Assembly (NCBI GenBank): GCA_031385045.1
Contig: JANNBC010000025.1
Coordinates: 18,511-82,510, forward strand
Reading direction: 5' to 3'
Origin: a bacterium
GTDB taxonomy: Bacteria > Bdellovibrionota_C > UBA2361 > CALJRW01
Length of the DNA: 64,000 nt
Part shown: piece after piece, positions 1-9,457 of the stretch
Layout: each line of letters begins with the position of its first letter
Position numbering within the stretch: the first letter of the stretch is position 1
Translations under genes and position numbers: made by a program
Notes under the pieces: generated by a model
The model's input: the letters and a program-made list of their open reading frames with translations, nothing else
Databases searched by the model: none
Told to the model about the DNA's origin: nothing

Positions 1-1398
1 GTCATCGCCAAAGTCTAGATCAATAATTCTTTGTTGACTTGGACCTTCCTCTTTATTTGATTGACCTTGGAAATTCTCCTCTAAATTATCAAATTTAGTA
101 AATTCTGGAGCAAAGGCTAGGCGAACTGTTCCTGTTGGTCCAGAACGGTGCTTGGCTAAGATTAGCTCGGCAACATTTTGATCTTCTGTCTCAGGATTGT
201 AAACCACGTCACGATAAATAAACATGATAATATCGGCATCTTGTTCAATCGCTCCAGATTCCCGGAGATCGGACATCATTGGTCGTTTATCCACGCGTGA
301 TTCCACGGAACGATTTAACTGACCAAGCGCTAAAATTGGGACGCTTAATTCTTTAGCGAGTGCTTTCAAGGAGCGAGAAATATCGGCAATTTCTTGTTCG
401 CGATTATTGGTATAAAGCGGACTTTTCATTAATTGTAGGTAATCTACAATAATTAATGAGAGCGGGGCTTCGCGGTGTAGACGACGTGATTTGGCACGCA
501 TCGCCGTTACGCTCAGCGCAGGTGTATCATCAATATAAATTGGTGCTTCCGAAATTTTACTCGCGGCATCCACAAGTCTTGGGAAATCACGTTCTGCTAA
601 AAATCCAGTTCGGACTTTTGAGCTATCAACTCGAGCTTCGGCACAAAGCATCCTAAGGACAAGTTGTTCCTTGGACATCTCCAGCGAGAAAACAGCAACG
701 TTTAGACCTTCATGGATTCCTATGTGCTGAGCCATGGAAAGTGCTAAAGCCGTTTTTCCCATAGCCGGACGAGCAGCAATTACAATTAAATCTGATTTTT
801 GAAAGCCAGCAGTTAATTTATTTAGATCGTTAAATCCTGTGTGCACGCCTGTGATTGGATCTTTACGATCATACATCTGCTCAATCGTACTGATTGAATC
901 GGAAACAATATCAGAAACTCTGGTAAAGCCACTTCCAGAACGATCGTCAGATATTCGAAGTATTTTTTGCTCTACCTGATCTAAGAAGTCATGAAGCTCT
1001 GTGTCAGTTTTGAAAGCATCGCCGATAATCATGGAGGCTTCGTGGATTAATTTCCGACGAATAGACATATCCTTCACTAATTTTGAGTAATGACTAATGC
1101 TTGCCGAGCTTGGTACTAATGATGATAGGCGAGAAAGGTAATCAATTCCGCCACATTGTTCTAGGACAGATTTATCGCGTAGGGCTTGACTGAGGGTAAT
1201 GATATCGATTGGTTCAATCTTTTCCGTCAGCTCAGTCATTGCTTGGAAGATTTGCTTGTGCGAAGCACGATAGAAATCTTCGGAACGAACTTTGTCGAGG
1301 GCAAAGTTGATACAATCATTATCTAGTAAGATTGCGCCCAAGACTGATTCTTCAGCTTCAACTGAATGGGGTGGTGTCCGAGAATTGTTATTAGACAA
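1..1398 (-). CDS. dnaB: Replicative DNA helicase DnaB (partial; 3' end runs off the window)
   Basis: Minus-strand translation gives the N-terminal PPHSVEAEESVLGAILLD motif and the Walker A motif IAARPAMGKTALALS. An in-frame stop at 1399-1401 leaves TTG at 1398-1396 as the first start. The frame stays open to position 1. It was not in the supplied ORF track because it is incomplete. Confidence 0.85.
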   Translation of the reverse strand, partial: MSNNNSRTPPHSVEAEESVLGAILLDNDCINFALDKVRSEDFYRASHKQIFQAMTELTEKIEPIDIITLSQALRDKSVLEQCGGIDYLSRLSSLVPSSASISHYSKLVKDMSIRRKLIHEASMIIGDAFKTDTELHDFLDQVEQKILRISDDRSGSGFTRVSDIVSDSISTIEQMYDRKDPITGVHTGFNDLNKLTAGFQKSDLIVIAARPAMGKTALALSMAQHIGIHEGLNVAVFSLEMSKEQLVLRMLCAEARVDSSKVRTGFLAERDFPRLVDAASKISEAPIYIDDTPALSVTAMRAKSRRLHREAPLSLIIVDYLQLMKSPLYTNNREQEIADISRSLKALAKELSVPILALGQLNRSVESRVDKRPMMSDLRESGAIEQDADIIMFIYRDVVYNPETEDQNVAELILAKHRSGPTGTVRLAFAPEFTKFDNLEENFQGQSNKEEGPSQQRIIDLDFGDD

Positions 1399-2049
1399 TT
1401 ATTCTCTCCAAATTAATTCTGAGTCAGAAAGATCAATCCACTTAGCAGAACCCTTGAGGACATCTTTTCCGGCCATTTCACGAAAGTCAGCACTAATCGT
1501 ATCAACTTTTAGTTCAGAGATCAAAGAAATTGGATAAGTTAATTCTCGTGCAGGACAAACAATTGTCGCTACCTTTTTAATATTTTCTGGGTAGCTAGCC
1601 ATTAATTCCTGATTTTTGAGATCATCTTCTGCATTCCAGGTATCCTCGCCATAAGATTCTAGGCGACTTAATCCGGAGAAATTGTAGTGACCAAGGGCAA
1701 AAGCTGTTAAGTCGGCAGACATCTCTGGATAAATATCAACCTGTTTTTCCATTCCTTTAGGAGGTAATCGTTTAATGACTACATCAACGCCAGCTCTTTG
1801 GATGGCATCTAAATAGGAGTGATGTCTGGAGTCATCTTCAAATGGAATAATTGTATAATAGCGACAAACTGTTGGTTTGATTCCGCCAGAAAGGCTTTTA
1901 ACTAATTTGGAAATTTCAACTTTGCGGTTAATTCTTCTGGTGGCTCGGTCAAGGCTAATGCCATCAATAAAGATACCAGTAACTTTTGGAGTACTACGTT
2001 TAATAACCTTGATCGTTTTCGTAACAGAAGTTTTTTTACTGACTGGCAT
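1399..2049 (-). CDS. NYN/LabA-like (DUF88) domain protein
   Basis: The 216-aa ORF carries a GIFIDGISLDRATRR-type motif characteristic of NYN/LabA PIN-like domains. Confidence 0.55.
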   Translation of the reverse strand: MPVSKKTSVTKTIKVIKRSTPKVTGIFIDGISLDRATRRINRKVEISKLVKSLSGGIKPTVCRYYTIIPFEDDSRHHSYLDAIQRAGVDVVIKRLPPKGMEKQVDIYPEMSADLTAFALGHYNFSGLSRLESYGEDTWNAEDDLKNQELMASYPENIKKVATIVCPARELTYPISLISELKVDTISADFREMAGKDVLKGSAKWIDLSDSELIWRE

Positions 2050-2109
2050 CTACAATAACAAAAATATAATTGGGTAATAGTTATATGATAATTTTTACCG
2101 AGAATCAAA

Positions 2110-2160
2110 TGCCCTCACCTGTGTGAGGGCATCCTCCGAAGCCCTGCGTAGGAGGAGTTT
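2110..2160. terminator. Two adjacent GC-rich hairpins (GCCCTCAC-ctgt-GTGAGGGC and TCCTCC-N13-GGAGGA followed by GTTTT); likely intrinsic terminator downstream of the 2179-2745 gene
   Basis: A perfect 8-bp inverted repeat at 2110-2129 and a 6-bp stem at 2131-2155 followed by TTTT. On the minus strand hairpin A is followed by a T-rich ATTTGATT. Confidence 0.45.
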
Positions 2161-2178
2161 TCGTTAATAGTTTGCTTC

Positions 2179-2745
2179 CTATTTAACCACCACCAGCGAT
2201 TCTACCGCAATATTATCATAAATAACATCAAGTATCTCTTTGCTAACATTAATACCAGAGGCTAAAGTTTGTACTTCTGGATTAGAAAATAGCGCTTGTC
2301 CATTCTCTAGAAATAACGCTTTATCACCGTAAACACCTTTTAAATATCTTTCTGAGCTAAACGCTAGAGGAATAGGTAATTGGCGATCTACATAGTACTG
2401 CTCATCTGCATACCAAAGTGGTTGATTGTCTTTAATTAATATTTTGTATGAACCCGCGTCTAATTGATTTGATGAAATAAAGTCCAAGGCTTTAATTTCT
2501 TTAGTTCCTTGCATTAGGCTCACAGTTGATAACTTAGAATCAATTTTTAACCAGTAGCTATCAAATTGAATTGGCATGAAGGCAAGTGTTTGTGGCGCTT
2601 GAATTGAAGTAACTTCCGGGGCTTGGCGACTAATGCTAATTAAGCCATTTGCCTGATAGGCAACTTTTTCAGTTTTAGGTTGAGAATTGGTACAGCCTAA
2701 AATTAAAAAAGCCGTTAAGATTAAGATGTTTCTAAGGATTGCCAT
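2179..2745 (-). CDS. Hypothetical lipoprotein
   Basis: The ORF track gives 2179-2823, but the internal Met at 2745 begins MAILRNILILTAFLILGCTNS, a signal peptide with a lipobox (LILGC). No recognisable domain follows. Confidence 0.45.
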   Translation of the reverse strand: MAILRNILILTAFLILGCTNSQPKTEKVAYQANGLISISRQAPEVTSIQAPQTLAFMPIQFDSYWLKIDSKLSTVSLMQGTKEIKALDFISSNQLDAGSYKILIKDNQPLWYADEQYYVDRQLPIPLAFSSERYLKGVYGDKALFLENGQALFSNPEVQTLASGINVSKEILDVIYDNIAVESLVVVK

Positions 2746-2823
2746 ATTGGGAACTTTTTGGAATATTACGCTTCTTGTATTCACTTTAGATCTAATTTTG
2801 ATTTCTGACAAGAAACTATCCAC

Positions 2824-3564
2824 ATGCTAAGGCTATTCCTAAATCCTCGTTTTTTCAGTTTATTGCTAATTTTATTGGCATCTTGTTCTAGCATGGACGA
2901 CCGTCATGGCTCCCTACGAACTCGCTATTATTCTTTTGAACACCCGGCACCACCACTTGATCGCTTACGATTTCAGTGGAGTCCAGAGTTAGAATATTCA
3001 CTTAAACATTACTTAGTCATTGATCCTGGGCATTTAAAGGTTGCTAAGCAAAATCGCGACCAATACGAGCCAGAACTAAAAACTATTTTCTATACTTATG
3101 GAGTTCCACAGGAGTTAATTAATGTCGCTGCAATTGAAAGCAAATTTAATATTTATGCCAGAAGTAGCTATGGAGCTGTGGGGATTTGGCAGTTTATGAA
3201 GCCAACAGCAAGGCAATATGGACTCAAGGTTTCGCTTTTACGTGATGAAAGAAAAGATCCATTACTTTCCACGGAAGCTGCTGCTTTGTATTTAAGAGAT
3301 TTATATCAACAATTTCATGATTGGCACTGGGCACTCGCTGCTTATAATGCTGGTCCTGCCCGAGTAATGCAATTTATTCGACAATATCCTAATCTTTCAT
3401 TTTGGGACGTTGCTCGAACACCTGGTTTTCCAGGGCAGACGAAAGCCTTTGTTTCCCGAGTCTTGGCAGCTTCAATTATTGAAAAGAATAATATTCCCTG
3501 CAGTCGAATTGATGAAGCACTACTCACTCGGATGATTTCAGTATTAAAGATGGCCCATGCTTAA
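2824..3564 (+). CDS. Lytic transglycosylase (SLT domain) lipoprotein
   Basis: The signal peptide has a lipobox-like LLASC. The family-1 lytic transglycosylase motifs AAIESKFN (catalytic Glu), GIWQFM and AYNAGP are present. Confidence 0.7.
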   Translation: MLRLFLNPRFFSLLLILLASCSSMDDRHGSLRTRYYSFEHPAPPLDRLRFQWSPELEYSLKHYLVIDPGHLKVAKQNRDQYEPELKTIFYTYGVPQELINVAAIESKFNIYARSSYGAVGIWQFMKPTARQYGLKVSLLRDERKDPLLSTEAAALYLRDLYQQFHDWHWALAAYNAGPARVMQFIRQYPNLSFWDVARTPGFPGQTKAFVSRVLAASIIEKNNIPCSRIDEALLTRMISVLKMAHA

Positions 3565-4330
3565 GACCTTAAAGAAAATGAGGGTTAGTGACTTTCCTAA
3601 TCCCAAGTATTCTTTAGAAGAACTCGATCTTAACACACTTCTGAATCAAAATTTAAGTTTGAAATTTACCGGTAAAATTAATTGTATAAATTGTCAGAAA
3701 TCAATTAAGAAAAGTTTTAATCAAGGTTATTGTTTTCCTTGTTTTCAAAAATTAGCAGCTTGTGATTTATGTATCCTGCGTCCCGAAAAATGTCATTATC
3801 ATTTAGGTACCTGTAGGGAACCGGAGTGGGGTGAGCAACATTGTTTAATTACACATTCTATTTATTTAGCTAATTCTGCCGGGCTAAAAGTTGGTATCAC
3901 TAGAACAATTCAGAAGGAGACTCGTTGGGTTGATCAAGGGGCTATTCAGGTTCTTGAAATAGGAACAACAACTGAAAGATTAAAATCTGGTTTAATTGAA
4001 GTTGAATTGAAAAAATATTTTAATGATCGCTCGGATTGGCGCAAGCTAGTTACTGGAAAAGATCCCGAAATAAACTTACTGCAAGAGTTTGCTAATGTGC
4101 GCAGTGCACTTGAGGAAATTAAAGAGCTACAAATAAATCCTACTCCCCAAGAATTTGTGATCCATTACCCAGTTTCTTGCTACCCACAAAAAGCGGTTAG
4201 CTTTAATGAGAAAAAGGAACAAAGTATTTCTGGGATTCTAAATGGAATTCGCGGACAATATTTACTGATTGGAGAGCAGGTAATTAATATACGAAAATTT
4301 CAAGGATATCAGGTTGAAATTGAATTCTAA
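3557..4330 (+). CDS. Cysteine-rich hypothetical protein (several CxxC pairs; DUF2797-like)
   Basis: The 257-aa ORF has CINCQ, CFPCF and CDLC pairs suggesting a zinc-ribbon region. The family assignment is from memory only. Confidence 0.4.
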   Translation: MLKTLKKMRVSDFPNPKYSLEELDLNTLLNQNLSLKFTGKINCINCQKSIKKSFNQGYCFPCFQKLAACDLCILRPEKCHYHLGTCREPEWGEQHCLITHSIYLANSAGLKVGITRTIQKETRWVDQGAIQVLEIGTTTERLKSGLIEVELKKYFNDRSDWRKLVTGKDPEINLLQEFANVRSALEEIKELQINPTPQEFVIHYPVSCYPQKAVSFNEKKEQSISGILNGIRGQYLLIGEQVINIRKFQGYQVEIEF

Positions 4331-4333
4331 TTC

Positions 4334-5035
4334 CTAGATACTTACTTTCTGACCAGGTTCCATTACTAAGCTTGTTACGCCTAATTCAGCACAAGCAATT
4401 TCAAATTCTTCTGCTGTGCCAGTTAGGCCAGGAAAGGTGTTGTAATGCACAGGAATTGCTTGCTCACATTTTAGCCAACTAGCAGCTACAGCTCCATCAT
4501 AAGCTCCCATGGTATATACATCGCCAATTGGAAGACAGGCAACATTTGGTCGATAAATTTCACCAATTAGTTTTAAGTCTGAGAAGAGGCAAGTGTCCCC
4601 AGCATGGAACAGACAAAAATCTTCCGTTTTAACAACTATTCCGCAAGCAACGCCAGCATATTGAGTGCCATTAGTAGATGTTTCGAAACTACTAGAATGA
4701 AAAGCTCGAGTTAGGCAAATTTTAATTTTTTGAAAGCTAATACAACCGCCGGGATTCATTCCAATAATTTGCTCTGCTGGAATTCCTTCGGCTACTAACA
4801 AATTGCCTAGTTCAAAACCAGCGATTACAGGACATTTATACTTTTTTGCTAAGCGAACAGTGTCACCTGCATGATCGCTATGACCATGACTCAGGATGAT
4901 CAGATCAATCTTTTCTGGATTATGGAGGGATTCCGGGCAACTTGGGTTACCTTTCAGCCAAGGATCGATGGCTATGACTTGATTGTTAAGTTCTAAAAGT
5001 ATCGCGGAGTGACCAGCGTAAGTTATCTTTCTCAT
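4334..5035 (-). CDS. Metallo-beta-lactamase-fold metal-dependent hydrolase (UPF0173-like)
   Basis: An ILSHGHSDHAGD motif (the HxHxDH of the MBL fold) in a protein of 233 aa. Confidence 0.7.
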   Translation of the reverse strand: MRKITYAGHSAILLELNNQVIAIDPWLKGNPSCPESLHNPEKIDLIILSHGHSDHAGDTVRLAKKYKCPVIAGFELGNLLVAEGIPAEQIIGMNPGGCISFQKIKICLTRAFHSSSFETSTNGTQYAGVACGIVVKTEDFCLFHAGDTCLFSDLKLIGEIYRPNVACLPIGDVYTMGAYDGAVAASWLKCEQAIPVHYNTFPGLTGTAEEFEIACAELGVTSLVMEPGQKVSI

Positions 5036-5181
5036 TGTTATATATCCTGAAAATAGTGTGGATTGCTTATTTAGACTATTGTCTTTAGCTTAGTAGAGAT
5101 TCACAATTCAAAAGTCTTATATAGTTATGAATTGTATTTCCAATATCTATTTATAGCTAACAAACCTTAGATTATCAAGGA

Positions 5182-6552
5182 ATGATTCTGATTAATCTTA
5201 AGTCTGATATTAAATTAACAAAGAAAAATAAATTGTCTAATCAAAAATATAACAAACAAATCTTGACAATCGCAATCCCGGCTTCTCTTGGATTCTTTTT
5301 TCACACGATGTTTAATGTGATCGACACTTATTATGCTGGGCTCTTAAATACCTCTGCCCTTGCTGGACTTTCAGCCTCGTTTCCGATTTTCTTTTTAATT
5401 ATTGCTGTTAGTAGTGGGTTAGGGACTGGTGTTACCAGTTTAATGTCTAATTATCTGGGTTCCAATCAGGAGGCAGACGCTCGCAAATTACTTTGGCAGG
5501 CAATTTTCTTAGGTTTCTTTGCTAGTATTATAATCACACTGATTGGACTTTTTGTTTCACCATTACTTTTAAGACTTCAAGGTACTACGGCTGATTATTA
5601 TCCTTATGCGTTAGTATATTTGCAGGTAATTTTTATTGGTGCATTTAGTTTTATTTATTTTAATATCTTTAATTCCGCTCTTGTTGCCCTGGGTGATAGT
5701 AAGAAGTTTAGAAATGCTTTACTTGTTGGCTTAATTCTAAATTGCATACTTAATCCATTACTGATGTTTACTTGTAAGTTAGGTATTGCCGGCGTTGCCT
5801 TAGCCACAATTTTAATCGAAGCATTGCAGGCAGTTTATTTATTATTGATTTTACGAAAAAGAAAATTTTTTATTTTTAGCGAATATCCAAATCTTTGGCC
5901 CAATCCTTTACTGATTAAAGTGCTGATTAAGCATAGCGGGTTAGCGGCACTTAATATGTTAACTATTGGAGTTGGGATTTATGTAATCTTAAGTTTTATC
6001 GCAAGAGCTGGTGGAAACGCCGTTGCCGCATATGGGCTAGGCATTCGTATTGAACAGATTGTTTTACTGCCGGCAATCGGACTAAGTATGGCGACCCAAA
6101 GTCTGGCTGGAAGGTATAACGGAGCAGGGGATTTGTTCTCTGCTAAAATAATTTATCAGCAATCCTTAAAGTTTGCAGCAATTGTAAGCACCGTTGGATG
6201 TTTTTTAATCTTTGTTTTTAAAAAAATATTAATAGCAATTTTTACAAGTGATCTTCAGGTCACTGAAATTGCCAGTCAGTATTTATCCTATGCGGCATTC
6301 TTATTGTTTTGCTATTCTGTGATCATCATTAGTAATTCTTTTTTCTTTGCAGTAAAGCGTCCGAAATGGCCAATGCTTCTTGGATTTATTAGGTTAATAG
6401 TAAATCCCTTAATCTTCTTTCCAATTTTATATGGGCATTTTGCAGTGAAGGGAGTTTGGATCGGCCTAACTTCTAATAATACATTGATGGCCGCAGTAAT
6501 TTTTATTGCAGTTCAGGTAATTTGTTTTCCGAAATCTCAGAATGATAATTAA
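5182..6552 (+). CDS. MATE family efflux transporter
   Basis: 456 aa with 12 predicted TM segments, an N-terminal IPASLGFFFHTMFNVIDTYYAG motif and a duplicated six-TM architecture typical of NorM/MATE proteins. Confidence 0.7.
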   Translation: MILINLKSDIKLTKKNKLSNQKYNKQILTIAIPASLGFFFHTMFNVIDTYYAGLLNTSALAGLSASFPIFFLIIAVSSGLGTGVTSLMSNYLGSNQEADARKLLWQAIFLGFFASIIITLIGLFVSPLLLRLQGTTADYYPYALVYLQVIFIGAFSFIYFNIFNSALVALGDSKKFRNALLVGLILNCILNPLLMFTCKLGIAGVALATILIEALQAVYLLLILRKRKFFIFSEYPNLWPNPLLIKVLIKHSGLAALNMLTIGVGIYVILSFIARAGGNAVAAYGLGIRIEQIVLLPAIGLSMATQSLAGRYNGAGDLFSAKIIYQQSLKFAAIVSTVGCFLIFVFKKILIAIFTSDLQVTEIASQYLSYAAFLLFCYSVIIISNSFFFAVKRPKWPMLLGFIRLIVNPLIFFPILYGHFAVKGVWIGLTSNNTLMAAVIFIAVQVICFPKSQNDN

Positions 6553-6556
6553 GGAA

Positions 6557-7657
6557 TTAGGAAGCTTTGCCAAGATTAATTTCCAATGGCAGGATACCAG
6601 CCTTGATCCATGCCAACTTCAGCTCAGCTACTTTCTCTAGATTATCACCAAAAGCTAATCCACAATCTCCACCACCAGCACCTGAGAACTTAGAGGTAAA
6701 GCCATGTTGCTCAGCCAAAGTAATCAAGCACTGGAGTTCTTTGGTAATTAATGGAACTTTGCTTACTTTGGCGAGCTCTTTTAATAGTAAATGATTATTT
6801 TTAAGTCCGCTAAGAATTTCTAAAAGCTGACTATTTTTCCAGTCCATGATTAATTTTTTGGTATTATTCGCAATCTTTTGGTAGAGCTGCTCAATAATTA
6901 GTGGATGATTTTTTTGAAATTCATTCATCTCTGTGATTAATTTTGTGCTACTGGCGGAGCAACCAGTAAACCCAGTTAAGATAATTAATCCCACTGGAAG
7001 TGTTAGCTTTTCAATAGAACAATTTGGCCATTCCAGTTGAACTAGCTGCTCTAATTTCGTAGAATTAATTTTATTTACTAACCACTTACTATCAAATGTC
7101 GAGTAGGCGATTACTCCCCCATAAACTGCTGTGGCAATATCTAATCCGGAGCCTAGCTGGTTTTGTGCTTGAAAATGACTAATAATTGCCAACTTAAAGG
7201 TGAGATCTTCTAAATTAATTAAAGTTTTTTTAGGATGGAATTGTTGTAGTAGAGCAGAAGTTGTGGCAACTGTAATACCAGCAGAAGATCCCAAGCCAAA
7301 TTTTATTTTACCAGACTCGCTTTCTATAATAGTTTCTGAGCTATTAGTAGTTAACTCAAATCCGGAATCTAGATTTAAGTAGCTGGCTACCGTTTCAATA
7401 CTAGCCTTAATAAATATAATTTGCTGGGAAATTGTTGGAGTGAGAACTTCTCCAAAAATAAGCTTTTGATTTTTAAGTTCGCCAGAGATTCGCAAGTTAA
7501 AGTCTGGTAAGTTTAGAATCACTTGTTGATCTTTGCGTGGTTTTAAAAAGACGTGAACAAAGCGATCAACACTAGCGACAATAACTGGGTTACCACTTTC
7601 TAGTACCGACCATTCCCCAGCAATTACTAGTTTTCCAGGAGCACTAACTTTTAGCAT
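6557..7657 (-). CDS. mvaK2: Phosphomevalonate kinase (GHMP kinase family)
   Basis: The N-terminus APGKLVIAGEWSVLESG matches the PMK motif GKLYWAGEYAILEPG. A GHMP ATP-binding loop KFGLGSSAG is present. The gene is adjacent to the diphosphomevalonate decarboxylase gene with a 1-nt overlap. Confidence 0.6.
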   Translation of the reverse strand: MLKVSAPGKLVIAGEWSVLESGNPVIVASVDRFVHVFLKPRKDQQVILNLPDFNLRISGELKNQKLIFGEVLTPTISQQIIFIKASIETVASYLNLDSGFELTTNSSETIIESESGKIKFGLGSSAGITVATTSALLQQFHPKKTLINLEDLTFKLAIISHFQAQNQLGSGLDIATAVYGGVIAYSTFDSKWLVNKINSTKLEQLVQLEWPNCSIEKLTLPVGLIILTGFTGCSASSTKLITEMNEFQKNHPLIIEQLYQKIANNTKKLIMDWKNSQLLEILSGLKNNHLLLKELAKVSKVPLITKELQCLITLAEQHGFTSKFSGAGGGDCGLAFGDNLEKVAELKLAWIKAGILPLEINLGKAS

Positions 7658-8667
7658 TATTCTAGGTGATGATTAATAACCGTGGCAGCAGAGCCGACAT
7701 TAGTATAAATAATTTCTTTTAGTCCCACTAGTTTGCCTAAATAGTTTTCCACTTTTAATTGATCTTTTTTCTGATATAAGATTTTCACTTGCGGACCAGC
7801 ATCGATTGTAAAGTATGATTCCAAACGATTATTTTCACGAAGCTCCACAATTGTATTGGTAATTAGTTTTGTTGCCTCATTCCAATAATTAATTGGTGGG
7901 GTAGAGGCAATCATTGTGGCATGCATTTTGAGAGCATTTTTCTCAGCGACGGTTCCCATTAAAGTAAAATTCTTACTCAGGATAGCCTGCTCCATATCTT
8001 GTAAGTCTTTTTTAACAGTATCAAGCCAAGCTGTTTGATAAATTGGACAAGTCTTGACTGTTCTTTGCATTCCTTCTCTTGAAGAATAAATCTTTTCTCC
8101 GGTTGCCGTAATGGCAATTGCAATGCAAAGTTCCGGCCAGTGTTGTTGATCAGCAATAAAACCAATTTCGGAATCTGAGCCATCAGGAGCAACTCCCATT
8201 TGCCAATAGTTAAATCCTCCTAAGATCGATCTAGTCGCTGAGCCAGAGCCCATTCTCGCCATCTGGCTTAGTTTTTTATAATCTAAACCAAGCCCAAGTG
8301 CTTCGTTAAGAGCAACACTTAGGGCGGCAAAGCCCGAAGCGGAAGAAGCTAAACCAGCGCTAGTAGGGAAATTATTTTTTGTAATAATCCTAAGTTTTTC
8401 AGTAAACTTAAACTTATAGCGCATAATTTTCAGGTAGCTATTAAAGTACTCCTGAAAAACTTTAGATTCTGGACTAATTTCTTGGTCATTTAATTTTAGA
8501 GAATCAATACTAAGTTTTGGATCTAAGTGGATTGTTGTGTGGCTTGCTAAGTTTGCCAGTGTCACGCTAATACTGGAATTTAGGGGTAAAATCAGATTTA
8601 GATCGCGTTTGCCCCAGTATTTCACAAGGGCAATGTTTGGATGGGCTAAGGCAGATACAATTTTCAT
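7657..8667 (-). CDS. mvaD: Diphosphomevalonate decarboxylase
   Basis: The N-terminal PNIALVKYWGKRD motif and a GHMP fold. It is 336 aa, typical for mevalonate diphosphate decarboxylase. Confidence 0.8.
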   Translation of the reverse strand: MKIVSALAHPNIALVKYWGKRDLNLILPLNSSISVTLANLASHTTIHLDPKLSIDSLKLNDQEISPESKVFQEYFNSYLKIMRYKFKFTEKLRIITKNNFPTSAGLASSASGFAALSVALNEALGLGLDYKKLSQMARMGSGSATRSILGGFNYWQMGVAPDGSDSEIGFIADQQHWPELCIAIAITATGEKIYSSREGMQRTVKTCPIYQTAWLDTVKKDLQDMEQAILSKNFTLMGTVAEKNALKMHATMIASTPPINYWNEATKLITNTIVELRENNRLESYFTIDAGPQVKILYQKKDQLKVENYLGKLVGLKEIIYTNVGSAATVINHHLE

Positions 8668-8915
8668 TAAATTATTATAAGATAAAATTTAATAATTGCT
8701 AAGTAGCTTTATTAGGATAATGTTAATTTAATTCCATCCCCGAGTTGCAAGTAAGACTTCAGGTAAGTCTTTGTTAGCTTACCTCAGGTAAGATTGCTAT
8801 AATATTCCAATACTTAACTAATAAAATCTCTAACTTAAAGCGAAGTCTCCCTTGATTTTTTGGATAATTAAATCTAGAATACCCGCGAATTCGTATTTAT
8901 AATTATCAAACATCC

Positions 8916-9356
8916 ATGGCTAGAAAATCTAAAGAAGAACAAAGACAAGCAGATTTATTAGAGTTAAAAGAAATTTTAATTGAAGAAAAGAAACGCATTA
9001 TTGACCATATGAGAAGAATTGAGCGTGATTCTGATAGTGGAATGAATAGTATTGGTGGTGATGAGGTTGATATAGCCTCACTGGAGTTAGAACAGAGAAC
9101 AACTGCCCGAATTGGAAAAAGAGAAACAAAATTATTAAAAAAAATCGACCATGCTTTAAAGAAGTTTGGCGAAGGTGACGATACTGGGGATTACGGAGTT
9201 TGTGAGTTAACTGGCGAGGAGATTCCTGTAGCCCGTTTACGAGCACGCCCTGTTGCCCAATATACGATCGAAGCCAAGGAAGAGTTGGAACGAAAAGAAG
9301 GAAGCTTCAGAGATGTTGAAGAAGAAGATAGCTTCGAAACTGAAGACGAGTCTTAA
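8916..9356 (+). CDS. DksA/TraR-family protein with a degenerate zinc finger
   Basis: An N-terminal coiled coil is followed by a C-terminal segment that aligns with the DksA zinc-finger region. DYGVCELTGEEIPVARLRARPVAQYTIEAK aligns with [30 protein letters not shown]. Only 1 of the 4 Cys is retained. The protein ends in an acidic tail. Confidence 0.55.
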   Translation: MARKSKEEQRQADLLELKEILIEEKKRIIDHMRRIERDSDSGMNSIGGDEVDIASLELEQRTTARIGKRETKLLKKIDHALKKFGEGDDTGDYGVCELTGEEIPVARLRARPVAQYTIEAKEELERKEGSFRDVEEEDSFETEDES

Positions 9357-9367
9357 GGTTAATTAAG

Positions 9368-9388
9368 CTAGAACCAGGATGGTTCTAG
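9368..9388 (+). terminator. Hairpin CTAGAACCA-gga-TGGTTCTAG downstream of the dksA-like gene
   Basis: A perfect 9-bp stem 12 nt after the stop codon. The T-tract is weak (..GGTTGATTTT). Confidence 0.4.
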
Positions 9389-9457
9389 TACTTGGTTGAT
9401 TTTCACTAGCAGTGGTTAGATCTAAATATTGGTTAGTTTTTTTGCAAGGAAGCAACC

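Noticed and set aside
1877-2108. Two overlapping small ORFs (66 and 68 aa) at the 5' end of the NYN-domain gene
   Set aside because: They overlap a well-supported 216-aa CDS and have no features of their own.
8998-9246. 82-aa minus-strand ORF inside the dksA-like gene
   Set aside because: It is antisense to a gene with clear DksA homology. It is rich in His, Gln and Phe with no motif, so it is a typical shadow ORF.
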